Shown: positions 41,098 through 51,059, counted from the stretch's first letter. The stretch is 64,000 nucleotides of DNA from Candidatus Kapaibacterium sp. (GCA_016788785.1 JAEUSM010000015.1:45253-109252), one strand, 5' to 3'. Numbers and translations are program-made. The notes: a model not told the origin generated them from the sequence alone.

Positions 41098-42162
41098 ATG
41101 AATATCTTTAAATATTTGATCGTATGTGTTTTGACATTAGGAATGTGTACAACCACTTCGGTATATGCACAATCAGTTTCTGGTGGTCAATTCAAAAAAG
41201 TTGGTGCTGCTGGTGGTCAATTCCTAAAAATTGGAGTTGGTGCAAGAGCTACGGGTATGGCTGGAGCATATTCTGCTATAGCAAATGATATGTCTTCCAT
41301 TTTCTGGAATCCTGCTGGTTTAGCCTCATTGAGTGGAACAAATGCAGATTTTTCCATTACACAATGGTTTGGTGGATTTAGTCATAATTTTGCGGCTGCT
41401 TCCTTACCTATAAGTGAAACATTTACTATTGGTGCTTCATTTACAAATTTTTCTTCTGGTAATATCGAGTTTACTACTATTGAACAACCCAATGGAACAG
41501 GTTCTTTTTATTCAGTAAACGATATTTCTGCAGCCATAACTGTTAGTGGTTATTTGACAAAACAATTTTCTTTTGGAGTTACATCAAAATACGTACAAAA
41601 TTCATTGGCTTCAATGAATGCGAATGGATTTGCTTTCGATGTAGGAACATTGTATAACACTGGTCTAAAAGGAATTAAATTAGGATTTTCTGTTTTAAAT
41701 TTAGGTGGTAACCTTAGCTTCGCTGGTCAAGATGTTACCTTACAAAGACGTCTTCAAGAAAATCTTCAAGGAAATCCTCAAGATCTTCAATTAATTACAA
41801 ACCCGTATTCTTTACCGCTTTCATTCCGTGCTGGTATCTCAACAGATGTTATTACTGAAATGATTAATGGAAAAGAAACTACAATGGGAGAAATTCCGGA
41901 TCACCATGTAGTTGTTGGTTTAGACTTCGAGACGTTTTCTGATACTCCAGAGCAAATTTCTTTAGGAGCAGAATATATGTTCAATAACATGTTTATGGTT
42001 CGTGGTGGGGGAAGAATGGGACATGATGAATTTTCAGTATCTGGTGGTGCTGGTTTCAAATATATCGGCGAAGGCTTCAAAGCACAAGTTGATTATTCCA
42101 TTGCTCCAACTGGTCGTTTAGGATTAGTAAATCGTATTTCTATTGGTGTAGGATTTAACTAA
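41098..42162 (+). CDS. PorV/LptO-like outer membrane beta-barrel protein (354 aa)
   Basis: After the signal peptide, GGQFLKIGVGARATGMAGAYSAIANDMSSIFWNPAGLA parallels the PorV N-terminal pattern F-L-x-I-x-x-x-A-R-A-x-G-M-G...D-A-x-S-x-x-W-N-P-A. Beta-rich, and ends ...ISIGVGFN. Confidence 0.5.
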   Translation: MNIFKYLIVCVLTLGMCTTTSVYAQSVSGGQFKKVGAAGGQFLKIGVGARATGMAGAYSAIANDMSSIFWNPAGLASLSGTNADFSITQWFGGFSHNFAAASLPISETFTIGASFTNFSSGNIEFTTIEQPNGTGSFYSVNDISAAITVSGYLTKQFSFGVTSKYVQNSLASMNANGFAFDVGTLYNTGLKGIKLGFSVLNLGGNLSFAGQDVTLQRRLQENLQGNPQDLQLITNPYSLPLSFRAGISTDVITEMINGKETTMGEIPDHHVVVGLDFETFSDTPEQISLGAEYMFNNMFMVRGGGRMGHDEFSVSGGAGFKYIGEGFKAQVDYSIAPTGRLGLVNRISIGVGFN

Positions 42163-42233
42163 ACCTTTTTTCTTGTCTTTATAAGGTAAGTACTTCATTT
42201 AGTCGTACTTACCTTTTTTTTGTTAAGTATAAT

Positions 42234-43403
42234 ATGGCTACAAATCAAAATCAACGGTTAGCATTTATAGATGTATTACGTGGTATTGCATGTGTATGGA
42301 TGGTGCAAACACATGTTATCAATACGTGTATTTCAGAACAATTTCGATCAGGTACTTTTTGGAATTGGTTGAATATTTCCAACGGATTTGTTGCTGTATG
42401 TTTTGTCTTTTGTGCAGGAGCAGGATTTTCTATATTTACGGCAAAATATAGGAATGAACTTACTGCGTTTACACCCTCTTTACGCTCATATTTGCAACGG
42501 TTAGGATTTATCCTGTTTATTGGATTTGTGTTGCAATTGCCTCCTGAGATGTCTTGGAGTAGACTTACTGCAATGACAGAAATTGAGTGGATGAAATTCT
42601 ATGAATTTGACGTCTTGCATTGTATCGTTGCTTCTTCTTTGATTTCACTACTTCTCATCAATATACTTCATATTTCTTCAAAATCTCAAACCATAATCTT
42701 TGGAATACTTTCAATAGTTTGTTATTCGTTGCCGCTCTATTTGTGGAATAGCGGAATGCTAAAAGTACTACCTTATGAAATTGCTACTATTTTTGAACGC
42801 CCCCCACTCTCAGCATTCCCATTGTTTCCATGGATGGGTCATTTTTTTATGGGTGTTTGTATTACAAATATATTTTCGTTGAGTTCTTCAAAACGACGCT
42901 CAATGGGGATACTTGCGATAGTAAGTGTTTTGATTATTGTTGTAATGTTGGTAGTTAAAAATGTTGTGTATACAAATCCAGTTGATGCAAAAGAATGGTG
43001 GGATTCCGCATTCTCACATTTTGTTTATAGAGTCTCTGTGATTTCTTTGATATTTGGATTGCTGTATTTTATTGAACAGTTTCTTCAAAAATCTTCCATT
43101 GCAAAGTTTTTTCAGTTGTTAGGGAAAGAATCATTAATCATTTATGGATTACATTTGTTTTTGCTTTATACTACCTACAAAAAAATGGGACTAAAAGAAT
43201 GGTACTTCTTTAATTCCACACCATTTGAAGCAACTATCATTACGCTTATTTTGGTAGTGATTTGTTTCATTGCTTGTGTTCTTTGGAGTAAAAGTAAAAA
43301 GAAGTATCCCCAAGGTACAAAAATTGTGTTTTATGGTTTTTGGTTTTGGTTTTTTATATTCTTTTTCTTTGGAAAACAGTTAGGATTGGTTGTTCAACCG
43401 TAA
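42234..43403 (+). CDS. Polytopic membrane protein, acyltransferase-3/DUF1624-like
   Basis: At least 9 hydrophobic segments. N-terminal motif RLAFIDVLRGIACVWMVQTH resembles the acyltransferase family 3 / HGSNAT-like family. Confidence 0.45.
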   Translation: MATNQNQRLAFIDVLRGIACVWMVQTHVINTCISEQFRSGTFWNWLNISNGFVAVCFVFCAGAGFSIFTAKYRNELTAFTPSLRSYLQRLGFILFIGFVLQLPPEMSWSRLTAMTEIEWMKFYEFDVLHCIVASSLISLLLINILHISSKSQTIIFGILSIVCYSLPLYLWNSGMLKVLPYEIATIFERPPLSAFPLFPWMGHFFMGVCITNIFSLSSSKRRSMGILAIVSVLIIVVMLVVKNVVYTNPVDAKEWWDSAFSHFVYRVSVISLIFGLLYFIEQFLQKSSIAKFFQLLGKESLIIYGLHLFLLYTTYKKMGLKEWYFFNSTPFEATIITLILVVICFIACVLWSKSKKKYPQGTKIVFYGFWFWFFIFFFFGKQLGLVVQP

Positions 43404-44366
43404 TCTGTTTCGAATTATATTCGTAGCAAGTATCATTGCTTGGAACGTACTTTCTTCTGATGCAATCCATTTACCTGCGATTGGGTAAGCAACTCCATGA
43501 TCTGGAGAAGTTCGAACAATATTGGTTCCTGCAGTAACATTCACAGCATGTCCATTCGATAGCATTTTTGCAGGTATTAGACCTTGATCGTGATACATAG
43601 CTAAAATTCCATCAAACCGTTTAAATTCTCCAAACCCAAAAAATGCATCCGCAGGAAATGGACCTTCGACATTATATCGTTCCTTTTTCATTCGTGAAAT
43701 GACAGGTTTGAGAATCTTGTCATCTTCACTTCCTATTTTCCCTTCTTCTCCAGCGTGAGGGTTGAGACCTAATACTGCTAATTTTGGGTTTCTAACACCC
43801 AAATCGTAATCCATAAATGCTAATTGCGTAAATATTTTTTCTGTAAGTAATTCTTGAGTTATGTTTGATGCAACTGAATTGACAGGAATATGGATTGTAG
43901 CAAGACCAAATGAAATATTTTGATGATGTAATATCATCATTGCCTTATTTCTATTATTTGAGTGAAATTCAACAAATTCTGTTTGACCAGGAAATTTCCA
44001 TCCAATTTCTTGTAATGGTGCTTTTGAAATTGGCAATGTAAGTAATGCTGAATTTGTCGTTGATGTAACAATAGAAATTGCAGTATCTAATGATTCAATT
44101 GCTAATTGAGCTGCTCTTCGATTTGCTTCCCCCAATACTATAGGAGAATAGGTGTTGCACTGAATAAGTGACAAACCTGTAGAGCGAATTGATTTTATCG
44201 AATATGAACTAAACTGTAAATAATCATTAAATGTTTTGGTGTTTGTGACTAATTCTACACTTACATCGTCAAATGCAGCAATATCACGGAATCGAAATAA
44301 ACTCTTAAGAAAAACTTCCAATCCTATTCCGTTTGTGTCACCAGTGGATACAATAAGTCGAATCAT
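43380..44366 (-). CDS. pdxA: 4-hydroxythreonine-4-phosphate dehydrogenase
   Basis: N-terminus LIVSTGDTNGIGLEV and metal-site motif LNPHAGEEGKIG, 328 aa. Confidence 0.85.
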   Translation of the reverse strand: MIRLIVSTGDTNGIGLEVFLKSLFRFRDIAAFDDVSVELVTNTKTFNDYLQFSSYSIKSIRSTGLSLIQCNTYSPIVLGEANRRAAQLAIESLDTAISIVTSTTNSALLTLPISKAPLQEIGWKFPGQTEFVEFHSNNRNKAMMILHHQNISFGLATIHIPVNSVASNITQELLTEKIFTQLAFMDYDLGVRNPKLAVLGLNPHAGEEGKIGSEDDKILKPVISRMKKERYNVEGPFPADAFFGFGEFKRFDGILAMYHDQGLIPAKMLSNGHAVNVTAGTNIVRTSPDHGVAYPIAGKWIASEESTFQAMILATNIIRNRLRLNNQS

Positions 44367-44480
44367 TCTTTTGACTTCAGATGATATGTAAATAAATTAA
44401 TCGTACTATTACCAACAACGAATTATTGGTGTAGTTAATATTTTTTCTATATTCGTAATCTTTAAATTTGAAAAAATACC

Positions 44481-45305
44481 ATGAAGAAAATGAAATATAC
44501 TGTTATAATACTGCTTTCTCTTATAGTCGTAGTTGGATGTTCTAAGAATTCAAAATTTCCTCAGCAATTAAATTTAGAATTTGGGAATACACTTTCCTAC
44601 AACCAAAATGCGATAAACGATTCTTTAGCAAATTCCTATGCAAACTATCTAAAAAGCGAAGGCTTTTTCACAAAAGATGCTCAATCTATTGCAATTGAAG
44701 TAGTATCTGAACCAAAAAGAATGTTCAAATTCTACATTGTTGACAAAGTTGAATTACATAAAAAACCACAAGCTATTGTTGATGCAAAGGTACTCGCTCG
44801 TCATTTGTCAAATGAAATATTCGAGAATAATCCTGTTGAGGTCATTTTTTCTGATGATAAATTTCAACCGATTAAAACGTTAGAACCTGAAAAAAGTATT
44901 GGACCGCGCGTAAAATTAGATGGTAATGAAGTGATTTACAACGAAACCTTTACGATGGAAGGCGCATATATTGTTGCTAATTTTCTCAAAGATAATGGTT
45001 TTTTCAAACCGAATGGTGGTCAAAGCGTAATGGTGGAAATTTCACAACGAAAACGTATGAATTTGTACATTGTTACTGATGACTCATTTTCTATGACTGA
45101 GGAAAAATTCAGGGAGACCCAAAAATTTGGTGCTATTATTTCGTACGCTATTTATAGTGGTCAACCAGTGGATGTTGTCTATACCAATCGTTTGATGAAA
45201 CCAAGAAATAATGGTGTTGTGTTTTTTAATCCTGCTACTGCAGCTATGATTAAAGACCCAAAAGCTAAAGAAGTTTTTGCTGAAGAACCTACAAAGAACA
45301 AGTAA
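44481..45305 (+). CDS. Hypothetical lipoprotein with an internal tandem domain duplication (274 aa)
   Basis: Lipobox LIVVVGCSK. Two related segments, ANYLKSEGFFTKDAQSIAIEVVSEPKRMFKFYIVDK and ANFLKDNGFFKPNGGQSVMVEISQRKRMNLYIVTD. Confidence 0.45.
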   Translation: MKKMKYTVIILLSLIVVVGCSKNSKFPQQLNLEFGNTLSYNQNAINDSLANSYANYLKSEGFFTKDAQSIAIEVVSEPKRMFKFYIVDKVELHKKPQAIVDAKVLARHLSNEIFENNPVEVIFSDDKFQPIKTLEPEKSIGPRVKLDGNEVIYNETFTMEGAYIVANFLKDNGFFKPNGGQSVMVEISQRKRMNLYIVTDDSFSMTEEKFRETQKFGAIISYAIYSGQPVDVVYTNRLMKPRNNGVVFFNPATAAMIKDPKAKEVFAEEPTKNK

Positions 45306-45310
45306 TTTTG

Positions 45311-46291
45311 CTACTTTTTCTGAAAAATTTCTCTAATAACTTCTTCTATAGGTACCTCTTCAAGGTTGATATCATCTATTGGATAAGATTGAAGAACAGA
45401 AGAAACTATGTTAGGTGCTTCTTGTTTTGAAATCCTTGCTTTTAGAGTTGTAGAAGAAATTTTCTCAAACTGAGGAGATAAAGATGCTTCCATTTCTGAA
45501 GATATTTCCTCTTTAAAGTGGAGTGTAACGATTTTATCATTACCAACTGACGAAGATAGTTTTTCTAAATTTCCATCATAAAAAATCTTTCCTTTGTCTA
45601 AGATGATGACTCGTTTGCATAGAGAAACTATGTCTTCCATATAATGGCTTGTCAAAATAATAGTCGAATCATGCTCTTTGTTATATTCTTTTACAAATTC
45701 ACGTAAAGAATGTTGTGCAACTACATCCAATCCAATGGTAGGTTCATCGAGATACACAACTTCAGGCTCGTGTAAAAGTGCACCTATCAACTCGCACTTC
45801 ATACGTTCACCCAATGACAACCGCCGTAATTGAATCGATAGCTTCGAATCTATTTCTAAACGTTCAGATAATTTTTTGACTAATTCTTTGTATCGGTTTG
45901 TTGGAATACGATATATCTCTTTATTAAGTAAATAAGAATCCATTGCAGGTAAGTCCCACCAAAGTTGATTTCGCTGTCCCATAACAATGGAAAAACGTCT
46001 ACGAAAATCATTATGCCGTTCCCAAGGTGTATGACCTAATACAGTTGCGGTGCCTTTCGTTGGGTGTAATAAGCCAGACAGTATCTTTAATGTAGTTGTT
46101 TTTCCTGCACCATTGGAACCTAACATACCAACCAATTCCCCTTTTTCTATTGAAAAGGAAACATCATCAACTGCTTTATAGATTGTATATTGCTTTTGAA
46201 ATAAAGAAGATAACGATCCCCATATCCCCTCTTTTTTTTGAGGAGTTTTAAATTCTTTGGATAAATGCTCAACGTTAATGGTGTGTATCAT
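45311..46291 (-). CDS. ABC transporter ATP-binding protein (ABC-2/exporter type) with a C-terminal extension of about 90 aa
   Basis: Walker A GSNGAGKTT, ABC signature LSLGERMK, Walker B VVYLDEPT, H-loop TSHYM. Confidence 0.85.
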   Translation of the reverse strand: MIHTINVEHLSKEFKTPQKKEGIWGSLSSLFQKQYTIYKAVDDVSFSIEKGELVGMLGSNGAGKTTTLKILSGLLHPTKGTATVLGHTPWERHNDFRRRFSIVMGQRNQLWWDLPAMDSYLLNKEIYRIPTNRYKELVKKLSERLEIDSKLSIQLRRLSLGERMKCELIGALLHEPEVVYLDEPTIGLDVVAQHSLREFVKEYNKEHDSTIILTSHYMEDIVSLCKRVIILDKGKIFYDGNLEKLSSSVGNDKIVTLHFKEEISSEMEASLSPQFEKISSTTLKARISKQEAPNIVSSVLQSYPIDDINLEEVPIEEVIREIFQKK

Positions 46292-46300
46292 TTAGAGTAA

Positions 46301-47386
46301 TTACCTTTTTTTGAAACTAATACTTTGTGTGTTTTTCAAAATGCTATCAGTACTCATTTGAGTAATGAAATTTTGAAATGGGTAATACAACCTGCTTATT
46401 TTTGGATAATAAATAGATATCCCTTTTTCTGTAATTCCAATTGTATTTGAAAACGGTAAACTATCAATTTCCTTTGTATCAAAAGTTTTGATTGGAATAT
46501 TGACGTTATTGAATAATCGTAATGAGTTCAAAGATTTAGTCGTAATAATCGAACAGGTAGATTCATCAAAAGAAAGTTCAAATAGTGGGATTCCTTTTTG
46601 AATTTCTGATTCTAAAAACCATTCATAGTTCCAAATATCTTTGCCTATTTTTTTACATTTGGCAGTATATTTTAGGAAATGGAATTCTTTAGAATTTAAA
46701 GAATCAATATAGTGTTGAAAAAACATCTGAGAATTTTGAATCATAGCCGAAAAAATCACATTTTTTCTGATTGATTGATTCTTAAATGTTGGGAAGGTAA
46801 GTCGATATTCTATATTGTTTGATGTGTTAATTGTCGAAAAAACAGAATCTTTCCCTCGTACAAAAGTAGAATCAATTATCAATGGTGCAAGTCTCAATTC
46901 TAAATAATCAGCCGATAACGAAGTAGAAATAACTCCTCTACCATTACCATCTTCCTTGAATGAAGCTCGAATATTCACAGTTTTTTGGAAATTAGTGATT
47001 TCAAATGCTCGATCCTTATTGAAGTAACCTATGAGAGAGTCAAAAGATTTTGTCCTGGTATTAAAAGCAAAACATTTGATTGAGTCATTGGTTGTTTTGG
47101 TACATTCAATTAGTGAGTAGAGACTTTGGTTTGTTCTAACAACAATCAAGAACGAAGTTGTGTTTGAAATTGAATCCAAAGTAAATGGTTTTTCAACTTC
47201 ATCAACTAGATTGTTTTGTGTTGTTTTTTTAGTACAACCAGCAACAAAAGTTAGCATTAACAATAGTAGTGCTAATGAAAAAAAATGGACAAATTGAGTT
47301 TGGAAAAGTGTTTTGTTCACTGTAAGAATTTTTAATGGTATCAAACGAATGTAAGGAAATTTATTTTTAATTTGAAATAGAAACAA
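46301..47386 (-). CDS. Hypothetical lipoprotein (about 330-361 aa; start uncertain)
   Basis: Lipobox-like LLLLMLTFVAGCTKK about 45 aa into the ORF, so the true start may be internal or non-ATG. Upstream of the ABC ATPase on the same strand. Confidence 0.4.
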   Translation of the reverse strand: MFLFQIKNKFPYIRLIPLKILTVNKTLFQTQFVHFFSLALLLLMLTFVAGCTKKTTQNNLVDEVEKPFTLDSISNTTSFLIVVRTNQSLYSLIECTKTTNDSIKCFAFNTRTKSFDSLIGYFNKDRAFEITNFQKTVNIRASFKEDGNGRGVISTSLSADYLELRLAPLIIDSTFVRGKDSVFSTINTSNNIEYRLTFPTFKNQSIRKNVIFSAMIQNSQMFFQHYIDSLNSKEFHFLKYTAKCKKIGKDIWNYEWFLESEIQKGIPLFELSFDESTCSIITTKSLNSLRLFNNVNIPIKTFDTKEIDSLPFSNTIGITEKGISIYYPKISRLYYPFQNFITQMSTDSILKNTQSISFKKR

Positions 47387-47438
47387 ATTTTACCGTACAT
47401 AATTCGTTCAAAGGGAAATTCAAAAAAATCTACGTACA

Positions 47439-48737
47439 ATGAAAATACTCAAATTTGGCGGTTCTGTTTTGCAAGGTGTCCAAGGCTTTTCAAAGATTGT
47501 TCCTATTCTTAAAAGTGTCAATGAAGAAACGATTGTTGTCATTTCTGCATTTTCAACAGCAACACAACAATTGGTTACTGCATCAACATTTGCTTCCAAA
47601 GGTGACTTAACAGGGGCTAATCAATTGATAGATGCACTTATTGATTCTTTTCATTTTACTATAGAAGAATTGATTGAGACACCTTCTAAACGCCAAAATA
47701 TTCATTCGATGATGGATCTGGGTAAAAAGGAAGTATTTGATTTTTTAGAGGGACTATCAATTACAAAGGAGCTTACCAATCGAACATTAGATGCGTTGAT
47801 GAGTTTTGGTGAGTTTTTCTCACTTCATATTGTGTCTCATTATTTGCGCGAAAATGGAATTATTGTTGAAAGTATCGATGCACGACAATTTCTCATTACC
47901 AATGATGAATATGGTAATGCTGACCCCATTCGCTCAGAAACGAAGGAGCGACTACAGCAAATTGTTCTACCTGCATTACAACGAAGTAAAATAGTCATAA
48001 CTCAAGGATTCGTCGGAAGAACTCTTTCTGGTGAAACGACCACCTTAGGTAAAGAAAGTTCTACCACAACTGCTACACTTTTAGCGTCACTACTTCATGC
48101 AAATGAAGTGGTTGTCTATACTAATGTTGAGGGGATTCGAACTGCAGATCCAAGGAGAATTACTAATTCGAAAGTAATACCAAATTTATCCTACAATCAA
48201 GCTTCAATCCTAGCAAATGAAGGAGTAAAATTACTCCATTCTTCAAGCATAGAGCCATTGTTTGGAACTTCAATTCCTTTGACAATTTGTTCGCTATTTG
48301 CTCCTGAAAAAGAAGCTACTGTTATTCGTTCTTCTATAGTAACTACAGATGATGAAACCATTTCATCGAAAGTACTTATTGAACATCAGGAAGTTATTAA
48401 GATTACTTTAGAAGATTCAAGTGAAGACGAAGAAAATACATTTACTGGATATCATATTGCACATATAGAACAACACAACAATTATACTACATATTATCTT
48501 TTAAAAACGTCATCTGCTGAAAAAGGTAATTTTCATCATTATTCTGTTGAATCACTATCTGGGTTATCCATCGTATCGACGAATAAATTTGAAAGTTTTA
48601 TTATGAGAAAAATTATTAAAGTATTAAGTCAAACTTCTTTGAATCTTTTTTCAATTCAACCTAATCTTGTATTTGCTGTTTTCAATAATACTACGAATCA
48701 AGACGTCGTACAAGCAATTCATGATTCCATTGTTTAG
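47439..48737 (+). CDS. Aspartate kinase
   Basis: N-terminus MKILKFGGSVL, VVVYTNVEGIRTADPRRI, amino-acid-kinase fold with a C-terminal regulatory region, 432 aa. Confidence 0.8.
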   Translation: MKILKFGGSVLQGVQGFSKIVPILKSVNEETIVVISAFSTATQQLVTASTFASKGDLTGANQLIDALIDSFHFTIEELIETPSKRQNIHSMMDLGKKEVFDFLEGLSITKELTNRTLDALMSFGEFFSLHIVSHYLRENGIIVESIDARQFLITNDEYGNADPIRSETKERLQQIVLPALQRSKIVITQGFVGRTLSGETTTLGKESSTTTATLLASLLHANEVVVYTNVEGIRTADPRRITNSKVIPNLSYNQASILANEGVKLLHSSSIEPLFGTSIPLTICSLFAPEKEATVIRSSIVTTDDETISSKVLIEHQEVIKITLEDSSEDEENTFTGYHIAHIEQHNNYTTYYLLKTSSAEKGNFHHYSVESLSGLSIVSTNKFESFIMRKIIKVLSQTSLNLFSIQPNLVFAVFNNTTNQDVVQAIHDSIV

Positions 48738-48751
48738 TGAGGTTACCATAA

Positions 48752-49024
48752 ATGAACAAACATAAAAAACATATACATCATACAAAGTTGTCAAAAGATG
48801 AGGCTCCAGAAACTGGAGCTGAATATAGATTTTTCACCAAAGAATCCAAAGAACTTTTTGACGCAAAGATTTGTAAATATACTGGTGGTTGTTGGGGAAC
48901 AATTGAAGTGACCAATGTATCAGAAGAATTATCATCAATCTATTCACCGGGCATGAAGTTCGATGTTAAAATGGCTATGTATGATTTTTCAAAAATCGAA
49001 TCAGAGATTGAAGAATCTATATAA
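48752..49024 (+). CDS. Small hypothetical protein (90 aa)
   Basis: ORF with a basic N-terminus and no recognisable motif. Confidence 0.3.
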   Translation: MNKHKKHIHHTKLSKDEAPETGAEYRFFTKESKELFDAKICKYTGGCWGTIEVTNVSEELSSIYSPGMKFDVKMAMYDFSKIESEIEESI

Positions 49025-49132
49025 AGTATTAATAGTGTAAACAAACGATAGAAAATGGTTTTTTACGTTCAAAAAATACCGTATATTTGCAACAAAATTT
49101 TCTAAATAGTAGTAAAACAAGGAAATAAAAAT

Positions 49133-50536
49133 ATGAATACACATTCAGTTGATGTCGTCGTTATTGGTTCTGGTCCTGGAGGGTATGTAGCAGCTATTCG
49201 TGCTTCTCAATTAGGGTTGAAAGTTATTTGCGTTGAAAGAGATAGATTAGGTGGAGTTTGTTTGAATTGGGGATGTATCCCATCAAAATCCTTACTCAAA
49301 AATGCTGAGTATATGAATTTTATGGGTCATGCTGAAGACTATGGCTTCTCATTTGATAATTTGAAATTTGACTTTCCAAAAGTTATTCAGCGTAGCCGTG
49401 GTGTTGCAGAAAAAATGTCAAACGGAATCCAATTTTTGTTCAAAAAATACAAAGTCCAACAAGTTGTTGGAAACGGGACACTCAAAAATGGGACGACAGT
49501 TGAAGTAACTGACCCTAATGGTACTATAACAGATACAATCACAACAAAAAATATCATTATTGCAACTGGTGCAAGATCACGTCAATTACCATTCATTGAA
49601 GTTGATAGAAAAAATATCCTTACTTCAACAGAGGCAATGTTGCAACAAGAAGTTCCAGAATCAATCATTGTATTGGGTGCAGGAGCTATTGGGATTGAAT
49701 TTTCCTACTTCTACAATGCGTATGGTTCTAAAGTAACCATCGTAGAAATGATGCCTAATATTCTTCCGGTAGAAGATACTGAGGTTTCGAAAGAATTAGA
49801 AAAACATTTCAAAAAATCTGGAATGACCATTCGTTGTTCTACCAAAGTAATTTCTGCAAAACCAACTAAATCTGGTGTTGAAGTAATTATTGAAAAAGCA
49901 GATGGTACACAAGAAACTTTGAAAGCGGATAAAGCAATAAATGCAATTGGAGTTCAAGCAAATATTGAAAATATTGGATTGGAGTCTGTAGGTGTAAAAG
50001 TCGAAAAAGGCTCGATTGTTATTGACAAATTCTGTAGAACAAATGTACCGGGTGTTTTTGCTATTGGTGATGTCGCGGGAGCTCCTTGGTTGGCTCACAA
50101 AGCATCTGCCGAAGGTATCGTCGTTGCCGAACATATTGCTGGTCATCATACTGATGGTGTGAACTACAACAATATACCTGGGTGTACATATTGCCAACCA
50201 CAAGTAGCATCTGTTGGATATACTGAACAAAAAGCTAAAGAACTTGGTTTAGAATATAAAGTTGGTAAGTTTCCATTTAGTGCATCTGGAAAAGCACACG
50301 GTATGGGTAATCCAAATGGTTTTGTTAAAATTATTTTTGATGCAAAACATGGAGAAATTTTAGGTGCTCACATGATTGGACCTGATGTTTCTGAGTTAGT
50401 TGCTGAAATTGGAATTGCAAGAGCATTAGAAGCGACTGCACCAACATTATTCAAAACTATCCATGCTCACCCAACATTGTCTGAGGCAGTAATGGAAGCT
50501 GCAGCAGTTGCTTGGGGTGAAGCAGTAAACTTCTAA
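49133..50536 (+). CDS. lpdA: Dihydrolipoyl dehydrogenase
   Basis: FAD motif VIGSGPGGYVAA, redox disulfide GGVCLNWGCIPSK, C-terminal HAHPTLSE. Confidence 0.9.
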   Translation: MNTHSVDVVVIGSGPGGYVAAIRASQLGLKVICVERDRLGGVCLNWGCIPSKSLLKNAEYMNFMGHAEDYGFSFDNLKFDFPKVIQRSRGVAEKMSNGIQFLFKKYKVQQVVGNGTLKNGTTVEVTDPNGTITDTITTKNIIIATGARSRQLPFIEVDRKNILTSTEAMLQQEVPESIIVLGAGAIGIEFSYFYNAYGSKVTIVEMMPNILPVEDTEVSKELEKHFKKSGMTIRCSTKVISAKPTKSGVEVIIEKADGTQETLKADKAINAIGVQANIENIGLESVGVKVEKGSIVIDKFCRTNVPGVFAIGDVAGAPWLAHKASAEGIVVAEHIAGHHTDGVNYNNIPGCTYCQPQVASVGYTEQKAKELGLEYKVGKFPFSASGKAHGMGNPNGFVKIIFDAKHGEILGAHMIGPDVSELVAEIGIARALEATAPTLFKTIHAHPTLSEAVMEAAAVAWGEAVNF

Positions 50537-50560
50537 AAGTAATTATTTAAATATACATGA

Positions 50561-50596
50561 AAAGGTGAAACTAATTGTTTCACCTTTTTTTGTTTT
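50561..50596 (+). terminator. Intrinsic terminator after lpdA
   Basis: AAAGGTGAAAC-taattg-TTTCACCTTT followed by a T-run. Confidence 0.75.
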
Positions 50597-50765
50597 ATAA
50601 GAGTTACGATTTGATAATATGAAAAATAATTTACTCTAAATAGTTGCAATTAGAAAAAAAGCAGTATATTGCACTACAAATCAAAATTAATTTGCTTTGT
50701 AGTACTTACGCTAAATGGATTTTGTAAGTATTTATCATCTCTCAGTTTTATTGTTAGGAATTCCC

Positions 50766-51059
50766 ATGAACATTTATGTGGGTAATCTACCGTACACAGT
50801 TCGCGAAGAAGAACTGCGTCAAATTTTCGGTTCTTATGGTACAGTCGACTCAGCTACTGTTATCATTGACAAACTTTCTGGTCGTTCACGTGGTTTTGGT
50901 TTCGTTGAAATGAATGACGATTCTGATGCACAATCTGCAATTGATGCAATGAATGGTTCAGAAGTTAATGGAAGAGCATTGGTTGTTAATCAAGCTCGTG
51001 CAGAAAACGGTCAACGCCCATCAGGTGGTGGACGTGATCGCGAATTCCGTCGTTATTAA
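50766..51059 (+). CDS. RRM-type RNA-binding protein with Gly/Arg-rich tail
   Basis: RNP2 IYVGNLPY and RNP1 RGFGFVEM, C-terminal GGGRDREFRRY, about 97 aa from the internal Met. Confidence 0.85.
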   Translation: MNIYVGNLPYTVREEELRQIFGSYGTVDSATVIIDKLSGRSRGFGFVEMNDDSDAQSAIDAMNGSEVNGRALVVNQARAENGQRPSGGGRDREFRRY

